Positions 50,817 through 60,088 of a stretch of 64,000 nt of DNA are shown piece after piece. How positions within the stretch are numbered: the first letter of the stretch is position 1; every line of letters starts with the position of its first letter. The notes beneath the pieces are model-generated. The model was given only the letters and a program-made list of their open reading frames with translations, was not told the origin of the DNA and searched no databases. Source of the stretch: an uncultured Alphaproteobacteria bacterium (GTDB lineage: Bacteria > Pseudomonadota > Alphaproteobacteria > HIMB59 > GCA-002718135); the NCBI GenBank assembly GCA_902635455.1, contig CACPNW010000005.1, forward strand, positions 9,946-73,945, given 5' to 3'. Both the position numbers and the translations under genes were made by a program.

Positions 50817-51929
50817 TTATACTGAGTCAGGATACTTAAATGGTAAGTTTCTTATTCTTGCGAAATCTTGCTCACCTTTAGTAAACCATTCTTTAATAAC
50901 TTTTCTAAATGACAGCAAGTGATTAGCAATAGCTTTTGTTTCAGAATTAATAGAACCCCTTTCTGAAACAACTTCACCTGCAGCATTACCAAGAGCTATT
51001 AAAACCTCATCAGGAAATGTTTTGATAGTGACTCCATGTTCTCCAGTTAATTTTTGAAGTGCAGGCCCATTAATAGCTTGGAACCTACTAAATACAGTCA
51101 TATTAAAAGATTGTGTCATATTAGTTACTAAACCTTGAGTAGCGCTATCCAATGACTCCCATGCATTAAGATCAATTGAAAGATCTAAAAGAGTAGAAGG
51201 TTCATGCCAACCTGGTCCATAATAATATTTTGCAGCCTGATAAAGTCCTGCGCCCAAATCTGCAGCTGGACAGATCCATTCTGCTGCATCTACAGCTCCA
51301 GAAGCTAATGAAGGTAAAACATCAGGACCTGCTAAAAGGACTGGAGTGGCACCTAGTTTTTCAATTGTTCTACCACCTAGTCCTGGCATTCTCATTTTTA
51401 ATCCTTTGTAGTCAGCAGGAGTATTTATTTCTTTATTAAACCATCCTCCCATTTGGTTGCCTGTATTACCCATTGGTAAGAATTTTAAACCTAAAGCATT
51501 ATATATTTTATCAGCTTCTTCTATCCCACCTCCGTAATAACACCATGCATTCTGTTCCATTGCATTCATTCCAAAAGGACATGTGGCAACAAACTCAATT
51601 GCATCTGAAAGATTAGTCCAATAATAAGGTGCACCATATGATGCTTGAGCAGCTCCCGAACGAACAGCATCTAAAGATTCAAGACCAGGAACTAGCTCGC
51701 CAGCATGATAAACTTTCATTTTCAATTTATCAGAATAACTACTAACATTATCTGCAAATGCCTGAATAGCCTGTCCTAAAAGACCTGCTTTACCGAAAGC
51801 ACTACATATAATCCATTCCTGATGTCCTGCAGCAATAGCAGGTGCAGGAAAAGAAGATACTGCGGTTGCAGCAGCACCAGCTAAACCCGCTTTTTTTATA
51901 AAATCACGACGTTTCAAATTTTTTTTCAT
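50817..51929 (-). CDS. TRAP transporter substrate-binding protein with twin-arginine signal peptide
   Basis: 370 aa. N-terminal Tat-type signal KRRDFIKKAGLAGAAATAVSSFPAPAIAAG. DctP-type extracytoplasmic solute receptor of the kind grouped with mannitol/chloroaromatic-type TRAP systems. Visibly higher GC than its neighbours. Confidence 0.88.
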   Translation of the reverse strand: MKKNLKRRDFIKKAGLAGAAATAVSSFPAPAIAAGHQEWIICSAFGKAGLLGQAIQAFADNVSSYSDKLKMKVYHAGELVPGLESLDAVRSGAAQASYGAPYYWTNLSDAIEFVATCPFGMNAMEQNAWCYYGGGIEEADKIYNALGLKFLPMGNTGNQMGGWFNKEINTPADYKGLKMRMPGLGGRTIEKLGATPVLLAGPDVLPSLASGAVDAAEWICPAADLGAGLYQAAKYYYGPGWHEPSTLLDLSIDLNAWESLDSATQGLVTNMTQSFNMTVFSRFQAINGPALQKLTGEHGVTIKTFPDEVLIALGNAAGEVVSERGSINSETKAIANHLLSFRKVIKEWFTKGEQDFARIRNLPFKYPDSV

Positions 51930-51933
51930 TTTT

Positions 51934-51939
51934 CCTCCC
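51934..51939 (-). promoter_or_regulatory. Strong Shine-Dalgarno (GGGAGG) for the TRAP binding-protein gene
   Basis: The minus strand reads CAGGGAGGAAAAATG. This is one of the few strong SD sequences in the window. Confidence 0.6.
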
Positions 51940-52016
51940 TGAAAAAAATAATAATTAAGGTTATATTTAAAAGTTAATAAATAAAATCAAATAATTGAAA
52001 AATTTGAATATTTTAT

Positions 52017-53183
52017 TTAAAAAGTTGCTATACCAGTTTGATTTTTCCCTAAAATTAAGGCATGAATATCTTCAGCACCTTCATAAGTTTTAACAGTTTC
52101 TAAATTAACCAAATGTCTGATTATATGATTTTCTTCAAGGAGACCATTAGCTCCTAACATATCTCTTGCATCTCTAATGATGTTTATTGCCTTTTTGCAG
52201 TTATTTCTTTTTAAGATACTTATTGCATTTATAACATTTTTATTTTTATCCATTGCTCTTCCAGTAAACAAGCATGCACATAAGGCTATGTTAATTTCTG
52301 TTTGCATATCAGCTAATTTTTTTTGAATTAATTGATTAGCAGCTAAAGGCTTTTTAAACATAATTCGATTTTCTGTGTAGTTTTTTGAAATTAACCATGA
52401 CTCAAATGCAGCCCCCATTACTCCCCATGAGATTCCATATCTTGCTTTGTTCAGACAAGAAAACACTGATTTCCAACCTTCAGTATTTGGCAAAATTTTA
52501 TTTTTAGGAACTCTTACATTGTTTAAAGTTATAAGACCTGTAGGGCTAATTTTCAAACTAGTTTTGTTTTCAATATATGAAGTGTTTAAACCTTTTGTTT
52601 TTTCATCAATTAAAAATCCCCTTATTTCTTTTTTGTCATTTAATGCCCAAATAATAAATAAATTTGCAATTGGTGCATTTGTAATCCAATTTTTTGAACC
52701 ATTTATAATGAATTCATTTTTTGTTTCTTCAAAAAATGTTTTCATCGATGCAGGGTCTGAGCCTGCCTCACTTTCAGTTAGTCCAAAACAACCTATTTTT
52801 TTTCCAGATATTAAATCAGGAAGATATTCTTTTTTTTGCTCTTCTGAACCAAATTTATAAATAGGGTGAATTACTAAAGATGATTGTACTGAAATTGAAG
52901 ATCTATATGCACTATCAATTTTTTCAATTTCATATGCTATTAAACCATAAGAAACGTAATTTGCTCCAGCTCCTCCATAATCTTTTATTGTTGGTCCTAA
53001 TATTCCCATTGAACCAAAAGATTTGTATATATTTTTATCAAAACTATGATTTCTATTATCTTTAATTACATTAGGTAAAAGTTCTTTTTTGCAAAATTCG
53101 CTAATGTTTTTTTGAATAGCTAACTCATCTTCTTTGAGATGATCTTTCAAGTAAAATGGGTCAATCCAAGAATTTTCTTTCAT
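52017..53183 (-). CDS. gcdH: Glutaryl-CoA dehydrogenase-like acyl-CoA dehydrogenase
   Basis: 388 aa. N-terminal DPFYL, plus SAYRSSISVQSSLVIHPIYKFGSEEQKKEYLP and IGCFGLTESEAGSDP. These closely resemble the GCDH subfamily pattern. Confidence 0.85.
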   Translation of the reverse strand: MKENSWIDPFYLKDHLKEDELAIQKNISEFCKKELLPNVIKDNRNHSFDKNIYKSFGSMGILGPTIKDYGGAGANYVSYGLIAYEIEKIDSAYRSSISVQSSLVIHPIYKFGSEEQKKEYLPDLISGKKIGCFGLTESEAGSDPASMKTFFEETKNEFIINGSKNWITNAPIANLFIIWALNDKKEIRGFLIDEKTKGLNTSYIENKTSLKISPTGLITLNNVRVPKNKILPNTEGWKSVFSCLNKARYGISWGVMGAAFESWLISKNYTENRIMFKKPLAANQLIQKKLADMQTEINIALCACLFTGRAMDKNKNVINAISILKRNNCKKAINIIRDARDMLGANGLLEENHIIRHLVNLETVKTYEGAEDIHALILGKNQTGIATF

Positions 53184-53237
53184 ATCTAATTTTCAATATC
53201 AATTTTTTAATATAAACAACTATAAAGAATAAATAAA

Positions 53238-53657
53238 ATGAAAGAAAAAATATTTATAGCATCTGATCATGCAGGGTTTGAATTAAAGGAAAAGTTAGTT
53301 AATCATTATGGTAGTTTATTTGATGATTTAGGTACAAATAATGAAGAAAGTGTAGATTATCCTGATTATGCTAATAATTTAGTTAAAAATATCAATAAGG
53401 CCTCAAATGGAAAAGGAATATTAATTTGTGGCTCAGGTGTAGGGATGAGCATAGCTGCAAATCGAGATCCTAATATTAGGGCAGCATTAGCTTTTAATTC
53501 AAAAGTTGCTGAATTAGTTCGGCAACATAATGATGCGAATATACTTGTTTTACCAGGTCGTTTTATTAATATACAGGAAGCAATAAAATGTGTAGATAAT
53601 TTCCTAAAAACTAAATTTGAGGGTGGAAGACATAAAAGAAGGATAGAAAAAATTTAA
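53238..53657 (+). CDS. rpiB: Ribose-5-phosphate isomerase B
   Basis: 139 aa. ASDHAGFELK and GILICGSGVGMSIAANR. Confidence 0.92.
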   Translation: MKEKIFIASDHAGFELKEKLVNHYGSLFDDLGTNNEESVDYPDYANNLVKNINKASNGKGILICGSGVGMSIAANRDPNIRAALAFNSKVAELVRQHNDANILVLPGRFINIQEAIKCVDNFLKTKFEGGRHKRRIEKI

Positions 53658-54944
53658 ATGTTTGAATTATATAACAAAGGAATAAAAGATACTGACCCTG
53701 AGGTTTATGCAACTTTAAAGTCAGAGCTATTGAGGCAGCAAAATCAAATTGAGCTAATAGCATCTGAAAATATTGCATCATTATCAACCCTTAATGCTCA
53801 AGGATCTGTAATGACTAACAAATATGCAGAAGGTTACCCTGGAAGAAGATATTATGGAGGATGTGAATTTGTTGATCAGGCTGAAGAAATAGCCCTTGAT
53901 AGAGTAAAAAAACTTTTTAATTGTAAGTATGCAAATCTTCAGCCCCATAGTGGTGCTCAAGCTAATCAAGCTGTTTTTTTAGCTCTATTGCAACCTAATG
54001 ATACTTTTCTTGGTATGTCCTTGGCTTCTGGAGGTCATTTAACTCATGGAGCAAAGCCAAACATATCTGGCAAGTGGTTTAATGCAATTCAATATGGTGT
54101 AAAAAAAGAAGGCAATGACAAAGATTTAATTGATTATGATGAAGTGGAGAGTTTAGCAATAAAACATAAGCCAAAAATTATTATAGCTGGTGCATCTGCT
54201 TATCCGAGAATAATAGATTGGAAAAAGTTTAGAGAAATCTCTGATAAAGTAGGTGCATATCTTATGGTTGATATGGCTCATTATTCAGGACTAATCGCTG
54301 GAAAGCAATATCCTAACCCTGTCGAATATTCTGATGTTGTCACATCAACAACTCACAAAACGCTTCGTGGAGCTAGAAGTGCTATGATTTTAACTAATAA
54401 TGAAGAAATTTATAAAAAAATTAATTCGGCTGTGTTTCCTGGCCTTCAAGGTGGTCCCTTGATGCATGTAATGGCAGCAAAAGCTGTTTCTTTTGGAGAA
54501 GCTCTAGACCCTGCTTTTGAAGAATATATTAAGAAGGTAATTTCTAATGCTAAACACCTTTCCGAAATTTTGGTTAAAAGAGGTTTTAGAATAGTTACAG
54601 GCGGAACTGATTCTCACATAGTGTGGTTAGACTTGACTCCTAAAAAACTAACTGGCGACAAAGCTGAAAAAATTTTAGAAGATGTAGGTATTGCATGTAA
54701 TAAAAATGCAATTCCTTATGATCCTCATCCACCAAAAATAACTAGTGGACTTAGATTTGGTACCGCTGCTGCTACTTCAAGAGGTTTTAACGAAAGTGAT
54801 TTTGAGTTAGTTGGTGAGATGATCAGTGATATTTTGGATAGCTTGAACTCAGATGAAGAAGAAATGAAAAAAGTTTCACAAATCACAAAAAATAAAATTC
54901 AAGAAATGTGCAATAAGTATCCGATTTATAACGAGGCCTTTTAA
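53658..54944 (+). CDS. glyA: Serine hydroxymethyltransferase
   Basis: 428 aa. PLP-Lys motif [12 protein letters not shown] and LIASEN. Confidence 0.97.
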   Translation: MFELYNKGIKDTDPEVYATLKSELLRQQNQIELIASENIASLSTLNAQGSVMTNKYAEGYPGRRYYGGCEFVDQAEEIALDRVKKLFNCKYANLQPHSGAQANQAVFLALLQPNDTFLGMSLASGGHLTHGAKPNISGKWFNAIQYGVKKEGNDKDLIDYDEVESLAIKHKPKIIIAGASAYPRIIDWKKFREISDKVGAYLMVDMAHYSGLIAGKQYPNPVEYSDVVTSTTHKTLRGARSAMILTNNEEIYKKINSAVFPGLQGGPLMHVMAAKAVSFGEALDPAFEEYIKKVISNAKHLSEILVKRGFRIVTGGTDSHIVWLDLTPKKLTGDKAEKILEDVGIACNKNAIPYDPHPPKITSGLRFGTAAATSRGFNESDFELVGEMISDILDSLNSDEEEMKKVSQITKNKIQEMCNKYPIYNEAF

Positions 54945-55396
54945 TGAGATGTCCATTTTGTAGCAATCAAGATTCTCAAGTTAAAGACTCAAGGCCTACA
55001 GAGGATAATACAGCAATTCGTAGAAGAAGAATTTGTGATCAATGTGGTTCTAGATTCACAACTTTTGAAAGGATTCAATTAAGAGATTTAATAGTGATTA
55101 AATCAAATGAACAAAAAGAATCTTTTGATCGAGATAAAATGTATAGATCTATAGCATTAGCATTGCGCAAAAGAAATATTTCTCAGGAAACTATCGAAAA
55201 AATAATAAATGCAATAGTTAGAAAGCTTGAAAATTCAGGAGATACAGAAATTAAAGCAAATATTATTGGAGAATATATTATGGAAGCTTTATCTCATTTA
55301 GATCAAGTTGCTTATGTTAGATTTGCTTCAGTTTATAAAAATTTTAGAGAGGTAAAGGATTTTGAAGATTTTTTAGGTAATCTAGAAGATAAATAA
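54944..55396 (+). CDS. nrdR: Transcriptional repressor NrdR
   Basis: 150 aa. Zinc ribbon CPFC...CDQC plus an ATP-cone domain. Confidence 0.95.
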   Translation: MRCPFCSNQDSQVKDSRPTEDNTAIRRRRICDQCGSRFTTFERIQLRDLIVIKSNEQKESFDRDKMYRSIALALRKRNISQETIEKIINAIVRKLENSGDTEIKANIIGEYIMEALSHLDQVAYVRFASVYKNFREVKDFEDFLGNLEDK

Positions 55397-55404
55397 CAAG
55401 CAAA

Positions 55405-56484
55405 GTGAACTTAAATCATTTAAAATTTATTAATGAGGCCCATGCAATTGCTTTAAAAAAATTTGGAACAACTTTCCCAAATCCAGTTGTTGGTTGCATA
55501 ATAGTTAAAAATAATAAAATATTATCCAAAGCTGTTACAAACAAATCTGGCAGACCACATGCAGAAGAAATAGCAATAAAAAATGCAGGAATTAAGACAA
55601 AAGGGTCAACCATGTATGTTACTTTGGAGCCATGTAATCATTATTCTTACAATGGATCATGTGCTGATCAAATTATTAGATCTGGTATTAAAGAAATTTA
55701 TATATCTGCAATAGATCCCGATAAAAGAACTAACGGAAGTAGTATTAAAAAATTTAAATTGAATAATATTAATACTTTTGTTGGTATTAATATGGAGAAA
55801 ACTCATGATTTAAATAAATTTTTTTTTACAAGTTTAAAAAATAAAAGACCATATACAAAAGTAAAAATGGCCATCTCATATGATGAAAAAATTGCTTGGC
55901 ATAATTATAAGAGTAAGTGGATTTCAAATTCTAAAAGTAGAAAGTTTGCTCATAAAATAAGAGAAAAGAGTCAGGCAATACTCACAACTGGAAAAACTAT
56001 TATTAAGGACAATCCAAGATTTACAGTTAGAAAAAATAATAAAGTAATTAAACATTTACCTGTGATAATTATTGATTTAAATTTGAAAATACCTTTAGAT
56101 TCTAAAATTCTTAGAAATACTTCCAAAAATAGAATCATTATTTTCACTTCAAAAACTAATAATAAGTCAAAAAAATTAGAACGACTTGGTTGTGAGATTG
56201 AAATTATTAAAAAAACAAAAAACAATTCATTTACGCTTAAAAGCATATTTAATAAAATTTACAAATTGCAAATTAAGGATGTTTTAGTTGAGGCTGGTGG
56301 TATTTTTTTTACTAATTTATTAAACGAGAATTTAGTGGATGAAATTCATCTATTTCAAGCTGATTTTGTCATTGGTAAAAGTGGCAAACCTATGTTAGTA
56401 GATGAAAAATTAGTTAATTTTAATCTAAATTTAATTAAAACAAAGAAATTTGATAATAATTATTATTATAAATATAGCAAATAA
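55405..56484 (+). CDS. ribD: Bifunctional riboflavin biosynthesis deaminase/reductase
   Basis: 359 aa, GTG start. Deaminase zinc motifs HAEE and EPC...C, then a RibD_C reductase domain. Confidence 0.9.
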   Translation: MNLNHLKFINEAHAIALKKFGTTFPNPVVGCIIVKNNKILSKAVTNKSGRPHAEEIAIKNAGIKTKGSTMYVTLEPCNHYSYNGSCADQIIRSGIKEIYISAIDPDKRTNGSSIKKFKLNNINTFVGINMEKTHDLNKFFFTSLKNKRPYTKVKMAISYDEKIAWHNYKSKWISNSKSRKFAHKIREKSQAILTTGKTIIKDNPRFTVRKNNKVIKHLPVIIIDLNLKIPLDSKILRNTSKNRIIIFTSKTNNKSKKLERLGCEIEIIKKTKNNSFTLKSIFNKIYKLQIKDVLVEAGGIFFTNLLNENLVDEIHLFQADFVIGKSGKPMLVDEKLVNFNLNLIKTKKFDNNYYYKYSK

Positions 56485-57078
56485 ATGTTTACGGGAATCA
56501 TTCAACAATTAGGCAAAGCTATAAATTTTTCTAATGGAGAATTAGAAATATCTACAGTTCTTGATTTAAGTGATTGTGATGTAGGCTCATCCATTTGTTG
56601 TAATGGTGTTTGTTTAACTGCTACAGAAATAAAACTTAAGAATAAAGAATACTATTTTAAAGTTAATATTGGTGAAGAAACTCAAAATAGAACTACATTT
56701 TCACATAATTTGTTTAATAAATTGACTTCTATAAATTTAGAAAAATCACTTAAAATTGGCGATGAAGTTTCAGGTCATTTTGTTTATGGTCATGTTGATA
56801 GAACTACTAAAGTATTTAAAATTAATAGCTTAAGTAATAGTTGGGAATTTTTTTTTGAAAATTTTCAAAATTATGATAAAAAATATATTGTTGATAAAGC
56901 TTCTATTGCAGTAAACGGTATTTCTTTAACTATAGCTAAAGTAACAAATGATAATTTTTCTATTTCAGTAATTCCTCATACTTATGAAAATACAAATTTA
57001 AAATTTATGAAACAAAATGATATTGTTAATATTGAATTTGATTATTTGGCTAGATTTGCAGAAAGAAGTAAAAATTAA
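56485..57078 (+). CDS. ribE: Riboflavin synthase (alpha chain)
   Basis: 197 aa. MFTGII start and two lumazine-binding repeats (GSSICCNGVCLT; SIAVNGISLT). Confidence 0.9.
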   Translation: MFTGIIQQLGKAINFSNGELEISTVLDLSDCDVGSSICCNGVCLTATEIKLKNKEYYFKVNIGEETQNRTTFSHNLFNKLTSINLEKSLKIGDEVSGHFVYGHVDRTTKVFKINSLSNSWEFFFENFQNYDKKYIVDKASIAVNGISLTIAKVTNDNFSISVIPHTYENTNLKFMKQNDIVNIEFDYLARFAERSKN

Positions 57079-58181
57079 TGAATATTATCAATAAAAAAAT
57101 TAATATTTCACCTATTCAAGACATTATAGATGATGCAAGAAACGGACGTATGTTTATTTTAGTTGATGATCCAGATAGAGAAAATGAAGGAGATCTAATC
57201 ATACCTGCACAAATGATAACACCTGAGCATATTAATTTTATGGCTAAATATGGAAGAGGTTTAATATGTTTAGCTCTAACAAAACAAAGAATTAATGAAT
57301 TAAATTTACCTTTAATGAATCCATCTAATGAAAAAAATGATTTAACTGCTTTTACGATTTCAATAGAAGCAAAAGAAGGTATAACAACAGGAATTTCCGC
57401 AGCTGATAGAGCTCATACTATTTCTGTTGCGATAAATAATAATAGAAAAAAGACTGATATTGTTTCACCTGGCCATGTTTTTCCTTTAATGGCATGGGAT
57501 GGAGGTGTGTTAGAAAGAGCTGGCCATACAGAAGCAGCTGTTGATATATCAAAAATCGCAGGACTGAATCCATCTGGAGTTATTTGTGAGATCATGAATG
57601 ATGACGGAACAATGTCAAGATTGCCTGAACTGATAGATTTTTCACAAAAACATTCTATTAAAATAGGAACAGTTTCTGATTTAATTAAGTATCGTTTAAA
57701 TAACTCCAAGATTATAGAACAAACATCAGAAAGAGATTTTCAAAGTGAAATGGGTAATAATTTCAAACTAAAAGTTTTTAAAAACACTTTATCTGGCGAA
57801 AAACATTATGCTTTAGTTAAAAATTTAAAAGAAAATTCAATTCCAACATATGTTAGAATGCATAAACTTGATATAACCAAAGATATATTTGAAGAAAAAA
57901 ATATTTTTGGTGATGAAATATCTAAATCATTTAAAATAATTGAAGAAAAAGGTAGTGGTGCAATAGTTTTAATAAATAGTGATATGTCGCCAAAGATACA
58001 AAAAATATTTAAAAGAAGGGATTTTGAAGAAAGTAAGCTAGAATTAAGAGAATATGGAGTTGGTGCTCAAATTCTGTTAGAGTTAGGTTTGCATAAAATT
58101 ATTTTATTATCAAATAATAGTAAAAAAATCGTTGCATTAGATGGTTTTAATTTAGAAATAGTATCACAAGAAAAGATATAA
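57078..58181 (+). CDS. ribBA: 3,4-dihydroxy-2-butanone-4-phosphate synthase fused to a degenerate GTP cyclohydrolase II-like domain (RibBX-like)
   Basis: 367 aa. The N-terminal DHBPS looks intact (DRENEGDLI, RAGHTEAAVD). The C-terminal half aligns to RibA (EYGVGAQILLELG) but has none of the Zn-ligand cysteines. Confidence 0.85.
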   Translation: MNIINKKINISPIQDIIDDARNGRMFILVDDPDRENEGDLIIPAQMITPEHINFMAKYGRGLICLALTKQRINELNLPLMNPSNEKNDLTAFTISIEAKEGITTGISAADRAHTISVAINNNRKKTDIVSPGHVFPLMAWDGGVLERAGHTEAAVDISKIAGLNPSGVICEIMNDDGTMSRLPELIDFSQKHSIKIGTVSDLIKYRLNNSKIIEQTSERDFQSEMGNNFKLKVFKNTLSGEKHYALVKNLKENSIPTYVRMHKLDITKDIFEEKNIFGDEISKSFKIIEEKGSGAIVLINSDMSPKIQKIFKRRDFEESKLELREYGVGAQILLELGLHKIILLSNNSKKIVALDGFNLEIVSQEKI

Positions 58182-58189
58182 TAAAATTT

Positions 58190-58597
58190 ATGAATGAAAA
58201 AATATTAATAGTTGTTGCTGATTATTACAAAGAAATTGCATCTAATTTATTAGATGGTGCCAAAAAAACAATAGAAGACAAAAACAACAATTTTGCTTTT
58301 GATATTATTAAAGCTCCTGGTTGTTTTGAAATTCCTTTTTTAATTAAAAAAAATATCAATAAGTATGATGGTTTTATTGCTCTTGGTTGTATAATAAGGG
58401 GTGAAACATATCATTTTGAGTTAATTGCTAATGAATGCAGCAACAAAATTATGCAATTATCAACTGAATTTATCAAACCTATTGGTTTTGGTATTCTTAC
58501 TTGTGAAAATATAGAGCAAGCAATTCAACGAAGCCATCCTAATAAAGGTAATAAAGGACATGAAGCTGCTAATGCCTGTTTATATTTGCTCGATTAA
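58190..58597 (+). CDS. ribH: 6,7-dimethyl-8-ribityllumazine synthase
   Basis: 135 aa. APGCFEIPF and GCIIRGETYHFE motifs. Confidence 0.9.
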   Translation: MNEKILIVVADYYKEIASNLLDGAKKTIEDKNNNFAFDIIKAPGCFEIPFLIKKNINKYDGFIALGCIIRGETYHFELIANECSNKIMQLSTEFIKPIGFGILTCENIEQAIQRSHPNKGNKGHEAANACLYLLD

Positions 58598-58624
58598 TAT
58601 TACTGCAATTTATATTTTATAGTT

Positions 58625-59065
58625 ATGAATAATATTATAAAATTCAAAACTAGAATGACTGCAATTCAATTAGTTTCACAACAATTAATTGATTATAAAG
58701 ATATAAATTTGATAAAAGATGATTTTGATAAATATTATAAAAATACTGTAATTTATGAAAATTCAGATAAAATTCAATATAATGATGCTTTTCTTTTAAA
58801 ATTAATTAGTTTTTATAAAAAAACAAATTTTCAAGATTTATCGAATGAAATTAATAATATTATTACCTTTAATAGAAAATTTGAAAAATGGGATAATATT
58901 ACAAAATCGATAATTTTAGTTTCAATTAGTGAACTAAGAAATTCTAAGAAAGAAAAAATCAAAATTATATTAAATGATTATCTAGATATTTCTAAATCCT
59001 TTGTAAATATTAAAGAAACGAAGATAATTAATTCAATATTAGATAAATTAATACATGACAAATAA
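58625..59065 (+). CDS. nusB: Transcription antitermination factor NusB
   Basis: 146 aa. Helical protein in the conserved ribH-nusB-thiL position (RMTAIQLVSQ...ILNDYLDISKSF). Confidence 0.8.
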   Translation: MNNIIKFKTRMTAIQLVSQQLIDYKDINLIKDDFDKYYKNTVIYENSDKIQYNDAFLLKLISFYKKTNFQDLSNEINNIITFNRKFEKWDNITKSIILVSISELRNSKKEKIKIILNDYLDISKSFVNIKETKIINSILDKLIHDK

Positions 59066-60026
59066 TCTTTCTTCAGAAAATATAATCATTAACAAATATC
59101 TAAACAAATTAAATCAGAATAAACTTGGTACATTTAATTTTAAAAATGATGCTTCATTTCTTAAATTATCAAGAAATAAAAAACTAATTATTACTAATGA
59201 TACAATACTTGAAAATATTGATTTTTTTCAAAATGATCCCCCAGAATCAATTGCAAATAAGATAGCAACTTGTAATTTATCAGATATATCAGCTATGGGT
59301 GCCTATCCTTATGCTTATACTTTATCTTTATGTTTATCAAATGATGTTAACAATTATTGGCTGGAAAGATTTTCAAAAAAATTATTATTACTTCAAAAAA
59401 AATATAATTATTTCTTATTAGGTGGTGATTTATCGAAATCAAAAAATCTAGTTATTTCTGCAAATTTTTTTGGTTTTGCACCTAAAGAAAAAATTTTAAC
59501 TAGAGAAGGGGCTAAATTAAACGATGATATTTGGATAACAGGTAATCTAGGTGATTCATATATTGGCTTATTGTCTAAAAAAAATTTGATCAAATTAAAT
59601 AAGATTTATAAAAAATATTATGAAAATAAGTATTTATATCCTATTCATTCTTCAATTGGGTATAAAATTAATACAATAGCAACTTCTGCAATTGATATTT
59701 CTGATGGTCTATATGGTGATCTTGAAAAATTATTAATATCTAAAAATATTGGTGCAAATATATATTCTAATCTTTTGCCTTTTTCCAAAAAAACTAAAAG
59801 TTTACTTAGAAGCAAAATAGTAAAATTTGATAAATTATTATCCTCTGGAGATGATTATGAGTTATTATTTACAGCAAATACAAATAAAAATTCAATAATT
59901 AAAAAATTAGCTAAGTCTAATAATATTAAAATAAGCAAAATTGGTACAATATCTAAAAATAAAGGTATTTATCTAGACTATAAAAAAATAAAAATTATTA
60001 ACAAATCATTCCAACATTTTTTCTAA
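59055..60026 (+). CDS. thiL: Thiamine-monophosphate kinase
   Basis: 323 aa. AIR-synthase-like fold with NLSDISAMGA, LLGGDLS and AIDISDGL. Confidence 0.86.
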   Translation: MTNNLSSENIIINKYLNKLNQNKLGTFNFKNDASFLKLSRNKKLIITNDTILENIDFFQNDPPESIANKIATCNLSDISAMGAYPYAYTLSLCLSNDVNNYWLERFSKKLLLLQKKYNYFLLGGDLSKSKNLVISANFFGFAPKEKILTREGAKLNDDIWITGNLGDSYIGLLSKKNLIKLNKIYKKYYENKYLYPIHSSIGYKINTIATSAIDISDGLYGDLEKLLISKNIGANIYSNLLPFSKKTKSLLRSKIVKFDKLLSSGDDYELLFTANTNKNSIIKKLAKSNNIKISKIGTISKNKGIYLDYKKIKIINKSFQHFF

Positions 60027-60072
60027 ATTCTTGATTTTTTTTAACCTTTCTGACATATGATCTTAACATTTT

Positions 60073-60078
60073 AAGGAG
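60073..60078 (+). promoter_or_regulatory. Shine-Dalgarno (AAGGAG) upstream of hppA
   Basis: AAGGAG lies 10 nt upstream of the ATG at 60089. Confidence 0.55.
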
Positions 60079-60088
60079 TTCTAAATAA

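Noticed and set aside
52447-52860. 137-aa ORF antisense to gcdH, and similar antisense or shadow ORFs at 108-290, 468-656, 1600-1851, 5733-5945, 11963-12151, 17948-18283, 19136-19363, 21722-21970, 24879-25064, 25317-25541, 25599-25808, 29133-29411, 33508-33723, 34409-34669, 35167-35382, 37540-37939, 40692-40895, 41733-41927, 43577-43771, 44192-44398, 45206-45442, 47359-47541, 49823-50041, 51230-51439, 52880-53065, 53784-53969, 55416-55613, 55971-56246, 57413-57709, 59408-59593, 59998-60186, 60517-60744, 61567-61755 and 61926-62108
   Set aside because: Each lies wholly or largely inside a well-supported gene on the opposite strand or in another frame. Their products are low-complexity and family-less, and they lack plausible start contexts. 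They are most simply explained as shadow ORFs of real genes.
55397-55404. Expected FMN riboswitch or leader upstream of the riboflavin operon
   Set aside because: ribD starts 8 nt after the nrdR stop and every rib gene is tightly packed, so there is no room for an RFN element. Similarly there is no leader space before glyA or the trp genes.
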